From contig CAXXVZ010000003.1 of the NCBI GenBank assembly GCA_963678065.2, positions 1,792,001 through 1,856,000 of the forward strand: 64,000 nucleotides of DNA, read 5' to 3'. The notes beneath the pieces were generated by a model that saw only the letters and a list, made by a program, of their open reading frames with translations, was not told where the DNA came from and searched no databases. This DNA comes from Treponemataceae bacterium (GTDB lineage: Bacteria; Spirochaetota; Spirochaetia; Treponematales; Rectinemataceae). This document shows positions 20,208 through 31,502 of this stretch, in pieces; within the stretch, counting starts at the first letter, position 1, and each line of letters begins with the position of its first letter. Position numbers and translations under genes: made by a program.

Positions 20208-21752
20208 TCAGACAGGGAAGTTCCCGTGCTTGCGGCTGGGCCGGCTCTGGCGCTTGCCGAGGAGCATGCCGAGCGCGGAGCAGAGCCGGGCCCTGGTGGT
20301 GGCCGGATCGATCACGTCGTCGACGTAACCGCGCACGGCGGCCTTGTAGGGATTCGCGAAACTGGTCTTGTACTCCTGGATCTTCTGAGCGCGCATCGCG
20401 GCGGGATCGGCCGCCTCGTCGATGTCCTTCTTGAAGATGATGTTGGCCGCGCCGTCCGGACCCATAACCGCGATCTCCGCCGAGGGCCAGGCGAGGACCA
20501 TGTCGGCGCCGAGGTGGCGGGAGCACATAGCGATGTAGGCTCCGCCGTATGCCTTGCGCAGGATGACCGTGAGCTTGGGAACGGTCGCCTCGGAGTAGGC
20601 GTACAGGAGCTTGGCTCCGTGACGGATGACGCCGCCGTGCTCCTGCCCGACGCCGGGCAAGTAGCCCGCCGTGTCGGTGAGGGTCACGAGAGGAATATTG
20701 AAGGCGTCGCAGAAGCGGATGAAGCGCGAAGCCTTGTCGGAGGCATTGATGTCGAGGACGCCGGCCATGACCTTGGGCTGGTTGGCGATGACACCGACAG
20801 AGCGGCCATTAAGGCGGGCGAAGCAGGTCACGATGTTCTTCGCGTACATAGCCTGGGTCTCCAGGAAGTCGCCGCCATCGACCACGCGCTTGATCACTTC
20901 GCGCACGTCGTAGGGTTTGTTCGGGGAGTCGGGCATGATCTCGGCGAGCTCGGCGTCAGCGCGGGCAGGATCGTCGCCAGTCGCGACGACAGGCGGGTCT
21001 TCGAGGTTGTTCTGGGGCAGGAAGGAGAGAAGCTTCTTGATCCCCTCGATCGTCGAATCCTCGTCCGGATACATGAAGTGCGCGACACCCGAGACTTCGG
21101 AGTGAACGGTCGCGCCTCCGAGGGCCTCACCCGAGACATCCTCGCCGGTGACGGCCTTGATGACCTGAGGCCCGGTGATGAACATGTTGGCGGTCTTGTC
21201 CGTCATGAAGACGAAGTCGGTGAGTGCGGGCGAATACACGGCGCCGCCCGCGCAGGGCCCCATGATGACGGAAATCTGGGGGATCACGCCCGAGGACAGA
21301 GTGTTGCGGTAGAAGATGTCGCCGTAGCCGGAGAGAGCGTCGACACCTTCCTGGATGCGGGCTCCGCCCGAATCGTTGATGCCGATGCAGGGGCAGCCGA
21401 CCTTGGAGGCCATGTCCATGGCCTTGCATATCTTGGCGGCGTGCATTTCGCCTAAGGAACCGCCGATGACAGTGAAGTCCTGCGCAAAAACGTAGACGGT
21501 CCGGCCGGAAATGCTTCCGTAGCCGATGACGACGCCTTCGCCCGGGGCCTCGACATCGGCCATCCCGAGATCGGAGCAGCGGTGCGCGACGAAGGGATCT
21601 ATCTCCACGAAGCTTCCTTCGTCGAGAAGAGCCTCGATCCTCTCACGGGCCGTCTTCTTGCCCTTCTCATGCTGAGCCGCCACCCTCTTGGGACCGCCGC
21701 CCGCGAGTACTTTTTTGCGGCGCTCTTCCAGTGCCTTTAGCTTCTCTTCCAT
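20208..21752 (-). CDS. mmdA: Methylmalonyl-CoA decarboxylase alpha (acyl-CoA carboxyltransferase)
   Basis: QDFTVIGGSLG, DSGGARIQEG, GPCAGGAVYSPA, RKAYGGAY, KHGNFPV. Confidence 0.92.
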   Translation of the reverse strand: MEEKLKALEERRKKVLAGGGPKRVAAQHEKGKKTARERIEALLDEGSFVEIDPFVAHRCSDLGMADVEAPGEGVVIGYGSISGRTVYVFAQDFTVIGGSLGEMHAAKICKAMDMASKVGCPCIGINDSGGARIQEGVDALSGYGDIFYRNTLSSGVIPQISVIMGPCAGGAVYSPALTDFVFMTDKTANMFITGPQVIKAVTGEDVSGEALGGATVHSEVSGVAHFMYPDEDSTIEGIKKLLSFLPQNNLEDPPVVATGDDPARADAELAEIMPDSPNKPYDVREVIKRVVDGGDFLETQAMYAKNIVTCFARLNGRSVGVIANQPKVMAGVLDINASDKASRFIRFCDAFNIPLVTLTDTAGYLPGVGQEHGGVIRHGAKLLYAYSEATVPKLTVILRKAYGGAYIAMCSRHLGADMVLAWPSAEIAVMGPDGAANIIFKKDIDEAADPAAMRAQKIQEYKTSFANPYKAAVRGYVDDVIDPATTRARLCSALGMLLGKRQSRPSRKHGNFPV

Positions 21753-21882
21753 ATATGAAACCGTCCTTGTTGGATCGATGGGGATCCCGAATTATCTGGT
21801 CCTTCAGTCTCTCTGGCTGCAATTTCGCCGGCGTGCCGTCGGATTCCACCAGACAGTCCCGAAAAGCCAGCCAGCAGCTCCC

Positions 21883-22293
21883 TCAGTCGCCCGCACGCTC
21901 GCAGAGTTCGACGAGAACGCCGCCCGTGGCCTTGGGGTGGATGAAGGCGATCTTTGCGCCGCCGGCGCCGTAGCGGGGCTTCTCGTCGATGAGGCGCACT
22001 CCCTTCTCCTTGAGTTCGGCGAGAGCTTCCTCAATATTGACGACGCGGAAGGCGATGTGCTGGAAGCCCTGCCCCTTCGCGGCGATGAACTTTCCGATAG
22101 GCCCCTCGGGGTCGGTGGATTCGAGGAGCTCGATCTCGGTGCCTCCGACGGGCAGGAAAGAGGTCGAGACCTTCTGTTCAGCCACGGTCTCCGAGCCGTG
22201 AAGGGAGAGCCCGAGAATGCCTTCGTACAGGGCGAGAGCATCGGCGGTTTTCTCGACGGCGATGCCGATGTGGTCAACCTTCAGAATCTTCAT
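21883..22293 (-). CDS. mce: Methylmalonyl-CoA epimerase
   Basis: VDHIGIAV, IELLE, QHIAFRV, FIHPKATGGVLVELCE. Confidence 0.93.
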   Translation of the reverse strand: MKILKVDHIGIAVEKTADALALYEGILGLSLHGSETVAEQKVSTSFLPVGGTEIELLESTDPEGPIGKFIAAKGQGFQHIAFRVVNIEEALAELKEKGVRLIDEKPRYGAGGAKIAFIHPKATGGVLVELCERAGD

Positions 22294-23432
22294 TGTCTTC
22301 CTCCCGGAAAGGCCGCGGCGAACAGTCCGTCCGCGGCATCGTATACATCCATCCGCCTTCCGACAACGGCTTCGACGAGCCGGTCTTCGGCTTCGCGCTC
22401 TTCGGGGCCTTCGAGGGCCGAAAAAAGCCGGCGCGTCAGTATGGCGCGCAGCTCCGCCCTGACCGACTCCGAACGCCGGCGAAGCAGTTCCCCGCTCGCC
22501 TCGATGGCGGCGCGGTGGCGGATGCAGGCATCGACGAGTTCCACGACGCCCTGTCCCATCTCCGCGCTCATCTTGAGGACGGGCGGCAACTCCTCCTGCA
22601 TGGACATACCGGCGGTCGATCTGGCGGGTTCGACCCCATCCATGTCGCCGCTGTCGGGAATACTGTCCTCTGAGGCGGATGCCCCGGAATTGCCGTTCTC
22701 GCGGGAATTTGCGGCTCCATGATGCCCCACGAAGGTACTGTGTGTCGAGAGTGTGTCGGGGAAGGTTTTCGGCGCGCGGCCCGCTCCGAGCATTGCCGCC
22801 GTCTCGAGCATGGCGCGTATCTCGCGCACGACTCTGTCGGCCCCATCCTTGTCGGCCTTGTTCACGGCGAAGATGTCGCCGATCTCCATGATGCCGGCCT
22901 TGATGACCTGGATGTCGTCGCCGAGTCCAGGCACGGAGACGAGGACGACGGTGTCCGCGATCTTCACGATGTCGACCTCGGACTGCCCGACGCCGACGGT
23001 CTCGACGATGATGTAGTCGTAACCAGCCGCGTCCAGAACCTTGCACGCGGCCGTCGTGGCGCGGGATACGCCGCCCAGGGCTCCCCGGGAGGCGAGGCTC
23101 CGGATGAAGACGCCCGGATCGGTCGCGTGGGACTGCATGCGGAGCCTGTCGCCGAGGATGGCCCCGCCGGTGAAAGGACTCGAGGGATCGACGGCGAGGA
23201 CGGCGACCGTGGCTCCGCGCTCCCTCAGTATGCCTATCATCTTGTCGGTGAGCGTGCTTTTGCCGGAGCCCGGCGGCCCGGTGATGCCGATGATGTGGGC
23301 TCCTCCGCCCTCCGTTCCGATGGAGCGAAGTATATCGACGCCGGCGGGCTCCCCGTTCTCGAGCCAGGAAATGACACGGGCGGCGGCGCGGACATCCCCC
23401 GCAAGGAGGCGCCCGCGCAGTGCCGTATCCAA
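22290..23432 (-). CDS. meaB: Methylmalonyl-CoA mutase-associated GTPase
   Basis: GITGPPGSGKST, AVDPSSPFTGGAILGDRLRM, VETVGVGQSE, VNKAD. Confidence 0.93.
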   Translation of the reverse strand: MDTALRGRLLAGDVRAAARVISWLENGEPAGVDILRSIGTEGGGAHIIGITGPPGSGKSTLTDKMIGILRERGATVAVLAVDPSSPFTGGAILGDRLRMQSHATDPGVFIRSLASRGALGGVSRATTAACKVLDAAGYDYIIVETVGVGQSEVDIVKIADTVVLVSVPGLGDDIQVIKAGIMEIGDIFAVNKADKDGADRVVREIRAMLETAAMLGAGRAPKTFPDTLSTHSTFVGHHGAANSRENGNSGASASEDSIPDSGDMDGVEPARSTAGMSMQEELPPVLKMSAEMGQGVVELVDACIRHRAAIEASGELLRRRSESVRAELRAILTRRLFSALEGPEEREAEDRLVEAVVGRRMDVYDAADGLFAAAFPGGRQ

Positions 23433-23443
23433 GGTGCTAATGA

Positions 23444-23842
23444 TCAGCCCCGCTTGAGGTTGTTCTTGATGTAATCGACGATGACCGTCGTCGGGGTGCC
23501 CGGCCCGAAGACCTCGGCTATGCCCTTCGACTTGAGGAAGGGAATGTCGTCCTCGGGGATGACGCCGCCGCCGAAGACAAGGACGTCGTCGACACCCTTC
23601 TCGGCCAGAAGCTCGGTGACTCTCGGAAAGAGGTGATTGTGGGCGCCCGAGAGGATGGACATGCCGATGACGTCGGCGTCCTCCTGGATGGCAGCCGCGA
23701 CGATCTGTTCGGGAGTCTGGCGCAGTCCCGTGTAGATGACTTCCATGCCGGCGTCGCGCAGGGCGCGGGCGATGACCTTGGCGCCCCTGTCGTGACCGTC
23801 GAGCCCCGGTTTGGCTACGATAACGCGTATTTTCCGTTCCAT
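23444..23842 (-). CDS. Methylmalonyl-CoA mutase B12-binding subunit
   Basis: [27 protein letters not shown]. Confidence 0.93.
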   Translation of the reverse strand: MERKIRVIVAKPGLDGHDRGAKVIARALRDAGMEVIYTGLRQTPEQIVAAAIQEDADVIGMSILSGAHNHLFPRVTELLAEKGVDDVLVFGGGVIPEDDIPFLKSKGIAEVFGPGTPTTVIVDYIKNNLKRG

Positions 23843-23854
23843 TGGGTTCTCCTG

Positions 23855-25522
<1,668 letters not shown>

Positions 25523-25541
25523 GATCCTTCCTTTTCGTGCA

Positions 25542-26093
25542 TCAGCCGGCGAAGCCCGCCTGGGCTTTCGCGGACGCGGCGAGGGCTATCCCCGCCTCGA
25601 GGGCCGCGAGGTTCAAGTCCTCCGTCCCCTTGGGGACGCGGCTCTTCACCGCGGCGGCGAGGGAGGCTGGCGTCGCGACACCGGAGTAACCGCCGAGGAC
25701 GCCTAAGGCGACGATGTTCGCCACGACCTTCTTGCCGATCTTCTCTGCCGCCGTGGAGAGGATGGGCAGAGCCAGCGTCCGGGCAGTTATGGCCGGGTCG
25801 AGAGTCACGGAGCTGTCCACGATTATCAATCCCTTGCCCATCAATTTGCCGTAGGTCCTGTAGGAGTCGTTTGTGAGGGCGAGGAGGTAATCGGGGTCGG
25901 TCGCCTTCGGATAGTCGATCTCCTCGTCCGAAATGACGACCTCGGCCTTGCTGGAGCCGCCGCGCGCCTCGGGGCCGTAGCTCTGGGTCTGGACGGCGTT
26001 CTTGCCCTCGAGGATAGAGGCTTCGGCGAGGACGATGCCTGCGAGGAGAAGGCCCTGGCCGCCCGATCCGCTCAGTCTGAATTCGATGCGCAT
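25542..26093 (-). CDS. korC: 2-oxoacid:ferredoxin oxidoreductase gamma subunit
   Basis: [19 protein letters not shown]. Confidence 0.88.
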   Translation of the reverse strand: MRIEFRLSGSGGQGLLLAGIVLAEASILEGKNAVQTQSYGPEARGGSSKAEVVISDEEIDYPKATDPDYLLALTNDSYRTYGKLMGKGLIIVDSSVTLDPAITARTLALPILSTAAEKIGKKVVANIVALGVLGGYSGVATPASLAAAVKSRVPKGTEDLNLAALEAGIALAASAKAQAGFAG

Positions 26094-26932
26094 TCGCCTA
26101 CTCCTCCCTGGAAAGTCTCGTATTTCCGCTGGACGCGGTGGATAAGCTCGTCGTAGTCGGCCGTGTATTCGGCCATGGGCTTCGAGTGGAGCTCGCCGAT
26201 CAGGATCTTTCCCGCCACCTTTTCCGGCGGCAACGCAGCCGCGGCCTTGGCGTTGATGGTTGAGTCCTTGATCCAGTTGAGCATTTCCACGGGTCCGCCG
26301 AGCTTGTTCTTGCGTCCGAGGTAGGTCGGACACTGGGTCACGGCCTCCACGACCGAGAATCCCTTGTTTTTCAGGGCTTTCTCGATGAGATCGATGAGCA
26401 TGGGCACATGGTAGGAGGTCGAGCGGGCGACGTAGGATGCCCCGGCCGCCTTCGCGAGTTCGCAGAGGTCGAAGCTGTGCTCCAGATTGCCGTAGGGCGC
26501 CGTCGTCCCGATCATGCCCTTGGGGGTCATCGGGGAGTACTGGCCGCTCGTCATGCCGTAGATGTTGTTGTTCATGACGATGGTGGTGATGTCGATGTTG
26601 CGGCGCGCGGCGTGGATGAAATGGTTGCCGCCGATGGCCGTGCAGTCTCCGTCTCCCGTCATGACGACGACCTTGAGGTCGGGCCGGGCGAGCTTGATGC
26701 CGGTGGCGAAGGCGAGGGCGCGGCCGTGTGCCGTGTGCACCGTGTCAAAATCGAGATAGCCGACGGCGCGCGAGGAGCAGCCGATTCCGGACACGAGGCA
26801 GACCTTGTTTTTGTCGAGGCCCATCCTGTCGATGGCGCGGACGAGGGCGCCCGTGATGGTTCCGTGTCCGCAGCCGGGACACCAGATGTGGGGAAGCCTC
26901 TCTTTGCGGAAGTAACTCAGGAACTCGGACAT
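26072..26932 (-). CDS. korB: 2-oxoacid:ferredoxin oxidoreductase beta subunit
   Basis: WCPGCG, SGIGCSSR, HGRA, TPP motif GDGD...NN, YGMTSGQYSP. Confidence 0.9.
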   Translation of the reverse strand: MSEFLSYFRKERLPHIWCPGCGHGTITGALVRAIDRMGLDKNKVCLVSGIGCSSRAVGYLDFDTVHTAHGRALAFATGIKLARPDLKVVVMTGDGDCTAIGGNHFIHAARRNIDITTIVMNNNIYGMTSGQYSPMTPKGMIGTTAPYGNLEHSFDLCELAKAAGASYVARSTSYHVPMLIDLIEKALKNKGFSVVEAVTQCPTYLGRKNKLGGPVEMLNWIKDSTINAKAAAALPPEKVAGKILIGELHSKPMAEYTADYDELIHRVQRKYETFQGGVGECASNSD

Positions 26933-28065
26933 CAGCGGGCCTCCATGATCGCGGCGTAGATCTCTTCGGGGCGGAAGAGCTCCCCGTTGACCTTGCCGAG
27001 GCGCACGACGGGGGCGCCGCAGCGTGCGGCGCGCTCCACCTCGAGGGCGAGCTGGCCGAGGTTCATCTCGGGGACGATGATTTTTTTCGCATCCAGTGTG
27101 AGCCGGCGGACAACTTCCTCAGGGAAGGGCCAGACTGTCTTGAGCCTCAGCATGCCGGCCTTGACACCCTCTTTCCGGGCGCGTCGGACGGCCGACAGAG
27201 AGGACATGGCCGAAGATCCGAAGGAGATTACCGCGACATCGCAGCCATCCATTCCTTCGGCGAAGTAGTCGGCCAGCTCGTCTGTGTTCTTCTCGATCTT
27301 GCGGGCGAGGCGGCGCATGAGCCTGTCGGCGACTTCGGACTTATTGGAGGGCGCGCCGGTCTCGTCGTGGAAGAGCCCGGTGACGTGCCAGCGGTAGCCT
27401 TCGCCGAAGGGAGCCATGAGAGGCACGCCGCCGTCCTGGTCCGCCGCGTAGGGCTTGTATCCCGCCTGATGTTCGGGGGAAGGGCGGAGGGGCTTTTTAT
27501 AGCTTGCCGGATCGGCGAGGACAACTTTCTCGCGCATGTGGCCTATGACTTCGTCGGTGAGGACGATGACGGGCACGCGGTACTTCTCCGAGAGTTCGAA
27601 GGCGCGGAAGGTGAGCTCGAAGCATTCCTTGACGTTGCCTGGAGCGAGAGCGATGACGGGATGGTCGCCGTGTGTACCCCAGCGGGCCTGCATGAAGTCT
27701 CCCTGCGCCGGGCTCGTGGGCATGCCTGTCGAGGGGCCCATGCGCTGGACATTGACGATGACGAGGGGGATCTCGCACAGGGAGGCATACCCGAGGCACT
27801 CCTGCATGAGGGAGAAGCCGGGGCCGGAGGTGGCTGTCATGACCTTCTTGCCGGTCAGCGAGGCGCCTATGATGGCGGCGATGGAGCCGATCTCATCCTC
27901 CATCTGGATGAATTTGCCGCCCACTTTGGGGAGTTCTTCGGAGCAGAGTTCGGCGATCTCCGTCGAGGGCGTTATCGGATAGCCGGCAAAGAACTCAAGC
28001 CCGGCCGTGAGTGCTCCCAAGGTGCAGGCCTCGTTGCCCTGCATGAGTTTGACGGTTTCAGCCAT
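26932..28065 (-). CDS. korA: 2-oxoacid:ferredoxin oxidoreductase alpha subunit
   Basis: AGYPITPSTE, QMEDE, TATSGPGFSLM, QRMGPSTGMPT. Confidence 0.9.
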   Translation of the reverse strand: MAETVKLMQGNEACTLGALTAGLEFFAGYPITPSTEIAELCSEELPKVGGKFIQMEDEIGSIAAIIGASLTGKKVMTATSGPGFSLMQECLGYASLCEIPLVIVNVQRMGPSTGMPTSPAQGDFMQARWGTHGDHPVIALAPGNVKECFELTFRAFELSEKYRVPVIVLTDEVIGHMREKVVLADPASYKKPLRPSPEHQAGYKPYAADQDGGVPLMAPFGEGYRWHVTGLFHDETGAPSNKSEVADRLMRRLARKIEKNTDELADYFAEGMDGCDVAVISFGSSAMSSLSAVRRARKEGVKAGMLRLKTVWPFPEEVVRRLTLDAKKIIVPEMNLGQLALEVERAARCGAPVVRLGKVNGELFRPEEIYAAIMEAR

Positions 28066-28333
28066 GTTGGGCCTCCGGAGGAACGGCGTAATCGACGCAG
28101 GCGGCGTCGTGCCCCTGCTCCGCTTCGTCGACCTTGTCCACGATCTCTATCGCGTAGTCGGGGCAGCGCAGTTCGCACATCCTGCATCCGATGCACTGCT
28201 CCGGCCGCTCGGGAAAAACCTTGCCATTTTTGAGGACAAGGACCTGCTTGGGACAGAACGAAACACAGATTCCGCATCCCTTGCAGTACCGCTCGCGGAT
28301 CAGATGGAAGTAAGCTTTTTTCTGTTCGCTCAT
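28058..28333 (-). CDS. korD: 2-oxoacid:ferredoxin oxidoreductase delta (2x4Fe-4S) subunit
   Basis: CKGCGICVSFCP and CIGCRMCELRCPD. Confidence 0.88.
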   Translation of the reverse strand: MSEQKKAYFHLIRERYCKGCGICVSFCPKQVLVLKNGKVFPERPEQCIGCRMCELRCPDYAIEIVDKVDEAEQGHDAACVDYAVPPEAQHG

Positions 28334-28480
28334 ATTCTCCGCTCTCGTGAAGTTATACCGCCATCGCGAGTCCATGAGGGACTTTAGGCGATGGCTGGCT
28401 GGATCCTGTTCGCCTCGCATCGAGGTGGGAAAAACACGAATGAGACGGCGCGGCGGAAGACTCGACAGAGGGGAATTTCG

Positions 28481-28509
28481 ATAATACTCCCGCCCGGTCG
28501 AATTGTCAA
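28481..28509 (-). promoter_or_regulatory. Sigma70-type promoter for the kor-mcm-mmd operon
   Basis: Minus strand TTGACA-17 nt-TATTAT. Confidence 0.6.
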
Positions 28510-28556
28510 AAAAAACACGAAACGAGCGGGAAACCGCTGCGCACGAAACCAGTATA

Positions 28557-28825
28557 TTCCGACAGACGGAATTGGAGATTGAAGTTTCCGTCTGATGGAA
28601 TTATTCGCCGATCACATACATCGTCGATAGCCGGAGATGAAGACCGGAAACCGATCGTATTCCTACCCGATTATTACTATAGCATGACTACCGGAGTATG
28701 TTAATACTGTAGTTGCAGAATAAAATACGAATTTCCACCTCGCGATCCGCGCCGAACCGGGATTGACAGACCTGCGCGATTGAGAGAATATGCCACTTGA
28801 CGGATATGTATTCCACTCTATGGAA
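28557..28825. promoter_or_regulatory. Three TTCC-N7-GGAA palindromes, candidate IclR operators
   Basis: Sites at 28557-28571, 28586-28600 and 28811-28825 between divergent korD and iclR. Confidence 0.6.
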
Positions 28826-28931
28826 CTTTCGGTATAATAGCGAGTCGGGGCGCCGGAATGGATTCCCCGGCGGAGAGCGCCCTCTTTCGATGCCGCGCTG
28901 CCGCCCATGAACCGGAAAGAGGAGTATCCAC

Positions 28932-29663
28932 GTGGCGGAACAAGAGACTTCGGTACGGGCTATAGAACGGGCCCTTGACATCCTGGATTGTTTCTCTCCC
29001 GCAGAACTCGAGTTCTCGCTCACCGAGCTCTCGAAGCGCATAAATCTCGCGCTCAGCACGACCTCACGCATCGTCTCGACCCTCGAAAAACGGGGATACC
29101 TGGCGAGGAGCCCTGAAAACCAGCGCTACGCCCTCGGCCCCACTCTCGCCCAGATCGGAGCTCTCGGCTTCGCGAGCGTCGACATCTGCAAGGTTGCCCT
29201 CCCCTTCATGCGCGATCTGAACCGGATATACGACGAGGGAGTCAGCCTCTACGTCGTCAGGGGCAACGAGAGGATCTGCGTGGAGCGAGTCGAAAGCTCG
29301 CGGCCCCTGCGGAGGGTCGTCAACATCGGCGACCGCCATCTTCTCACGAGGGGCGCTGCCGGGCGCGTCCTTCTCGCCTACCTCCCCGAGGAGCAGCGCA
29401 CCGAGCTCCTCCGCGGCGACCCTTTCACGACTGAGGAGGCGCTCGCCGAGCTCCGCAGGAGCCGCCGGGCCGTGAGTCTCGGAGAGAGGGAGGAGGGCGT
29501 CACATCGATAGCCGCTCCGGTGGAAGACGCGCGGCGCGAGATCGTGGCCGCCCTCGCGATGTCCGGTCCGTCGGTCCGCTTCGAAGGCCCCGGATTCGAT
29601 GAAAAAATCGCGAAGGTGGCTCGCTTCGCCGATCTCATCTCCGAAGCCCTCGGACGCCGGTAA
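28932..29663 (+). CDS. IclR-family transcriptional regulator
   Basis: VRAIERALDIL wHTH, GAAGRVLLA, GVTSIAAPV, SGPSVRF. Confidence 0.93.
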   Translation: MAEQETSVRAIERALDILDCFSPAELEFSLTELSKRINLALSTTSRIVSTLEKRGYLARSPENQRYALGPTLAQIGALGFASVDICKVALPFMRDLNRIYDEGVSLYVVRGNERICVERVESSRPLRRVVNIGDRHLLTRGAAGRVLLAYLPEEQRTELLRGDPFTTEEALAELRRSRRAVSLGEREEGVTSIAAPVEDARREIVAALAMSGPSVRFEGPGFDEKIAKVARFADLISEALGRR

Positions 29664-29789
29664 TCCGGGAGGACGCCTCTCACGACAGCTTGTGTGGGGA
29701 CGACATACTTTCAATAAATGTCAAGAGAAGGTATACTGCCACCAAATTCGCCATGCGGGCGGATTACCTCACGGCAGGGAGCACATGCG

Positions 29790-31478
29790 ATGGGCACAAG
29801 CCTCAAAATACGGGATCTGACGCTGCGCGACGGTCAGCAGTCGCAATTCGCGACCAGGATGACCCAAGCCCAGGTTGACCGAGTCCTCCCCCTCTTCAAA
29901 AAAGCCCATTTCTACGCCATGGAGGTCTGGGGCGGAGCCGTTCCCGATTCCGTGATGCGCTACCTGAACGAGAATCCGTGGAAGCGCCTCGAATCCATCA
30001 AAGAGGGGATCGCCGGGTCATCCTTGCTCACCGCGCTCTCCCGGGGACGGAACCTCTTCGGGTACACCCCCTACCCCGACTCGGTCATACGCGGCTTCTG
30101 CACCAACGCAGTGCACAGCGGCATCGACGTCATGCGCATCTTCGACGCGCTCAACGACATCGAGAACATGAAATCCTCCATACGCTTCGTCAAGGAAGCG
30201 GGAGGGTTGGCGGACTGCGCGGTCTGCTACACAGTGGACCCCGTCTTCCCGCGCTCCGAGAGGATCGCGGCCTTTTTAAAGGGAAAAAAGCTCCCCAAAA
30301 ACCTCTTCACGACAAAATACTACGTCGATGCGGCGAAGAAACTCGCAGCCCTCGGCGCCGATATGATCACCATCAAGGATATGGCCGGCCTCGTCGACCC
30401 GCGCACGGGCGCCGAACTCATCCGCGCACTCAAGTCCGAGGTCGGCATCCCTGTCGACCTTCACACCCACTGCACTCCTGGATTCGGTGTGGCCAGCATC
30501 CTCGCAGCCATGATGAACGGAGTCGACATCGTCGATACGGTCGTCCTCTCCTTCTCGGGCGGCCCCGCGGCTCCTGGCTACGAGATTATCAGGGTTTTCG
30601 CCGACAAACTCGGGATGGATACGGGGGTCGACGGAACCGCCGTGGCGGAAATCGACCATGAGTTGCGCGCTATCCGCTCGGAGCTCTCGGCATACGACCA
30701 GTACAAACTTCTTCCGCTCGCCTTCGACGTTTCAAAGGACAGACTCGAACCGGCAACCGAAGCCCTTTTTGACAGGGCGATCGAGGCCGGACGCGCCCGA
30801 AAGTGGGAAGAACTCACGTCCCTCTGCCATAAAATAGAGGCCGCCTTCAACTATCCCGGGCCGGACGACATAGTCCGCCACGCCCAGATCCCCGGCGGCA
30901 TGTACACCAACATGCTGGCCCAGCTCCAGGAGGCCAAGCTCGGGCACCTCGTGGGCGATGTCCTCAAGGCTGTCCCGGAAGTCCGGCTCGACTGCGGCGT
31001 TCCTCCGCTTGTGACTCCCACAAGCCAGATCGTCGGCGTCCAGGCGGTCAACTGCGTCGTTTCCCGCGCAAAAGGCGAGCCCATGTACGCCAATGTCTCC
31101 AAAAATTTCTCCGAGCTGGTCAAGGGTTCCTACGGCACGACTCCTTGGCCGGTCGATCCCGCCTTCCGCGAGAAGATATGCGGCCTGCGCGAAGCCGTCC
31201 CCTACGACACCTCGAAGTACCGGAAGCAGCCCAATCCTGCCCTGCCGGAAGCGGGAGGGATGCTCCTCGCGCGCGACGAGAAGGAGGAGCTCCTCCTCGA
31301 ACTCTTTCCGAGCGTGGCCGACAAATTCCTTCGCGCACAGAAAAAAGCCGAGTGGCTTGCCGCGAATCCCGTGGCCACAAATCCGCCCGTCCCGCCGTCT
31401 CCCCCGCCCGAACCGGAAGTGCCCGAGGTATTCCCCGAAGCCTTCTGGAATCTCGTCACCGCCTTCGCGGGGGCCTGA
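29790..31478 (+). CDS. Pyruvate/oxaloacetate carboxyltransferase (OadA/transcarboxylase 5S-like), no biotinyl domain
   Basis: DLTLRDGQQS, MEVWGGA, RIFDALND, IKDMAG, HTH, QIPGGMYTN, PPLVTPTSQIVG; ends in a Pro-rich tail without MKM. Confidence 0.88.
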   Translation: MGTSLKIRDLTLRDGQQSQFATRMTQAQVDRVLPLFKKAHFYAMEVWGGAVPDSVMRYLNENPWKRLESIKEGIAGSSLLTALSRGRNLFGYTPYPDSVIRGFCTNAVHSGIDVMRIFDALNDIENMKSSIRFVKEAGGLADCAVCYTVDPVFPRSERIAAFLKGKKLPKNLFTTKYYVDAAKKLAALGADMITIKDMAGLVDPRTGAELIRALKSEVGIPVDLHTHCTPGFGVASILAAMMNGVDIVDTVVLSFSGGPAAPGYEIIRVFADKLGMDTGVDGTAVAEIDHELRAIRSELSAYDQYKLLPLAFDVSKDRLEPATEALFDRAIEAGRARKWEELTSLCHKIEAAFNYPGPDDIVRHAQIPGGMYTNMLAQLQEAKLGHLVGDVLKAVPEVRLDCGVPPLVTPTSQIVGVQAVNCVVSRAKGEPMYANVSKNFSELVKGSYGTTPWPVDPAFREKICGLREAVPYDTSKYRKQPNPALPEAGGMLLARDEKEELLLELFPSVADKFLRAQKKAEWLAANPVATNPPVPPSPPPEPEVPEVFPEAFWNLVTAFAGA

Positions 31479-31502
31479 AGACCCCCGCTTTCGCGGCCAG
31501 AC

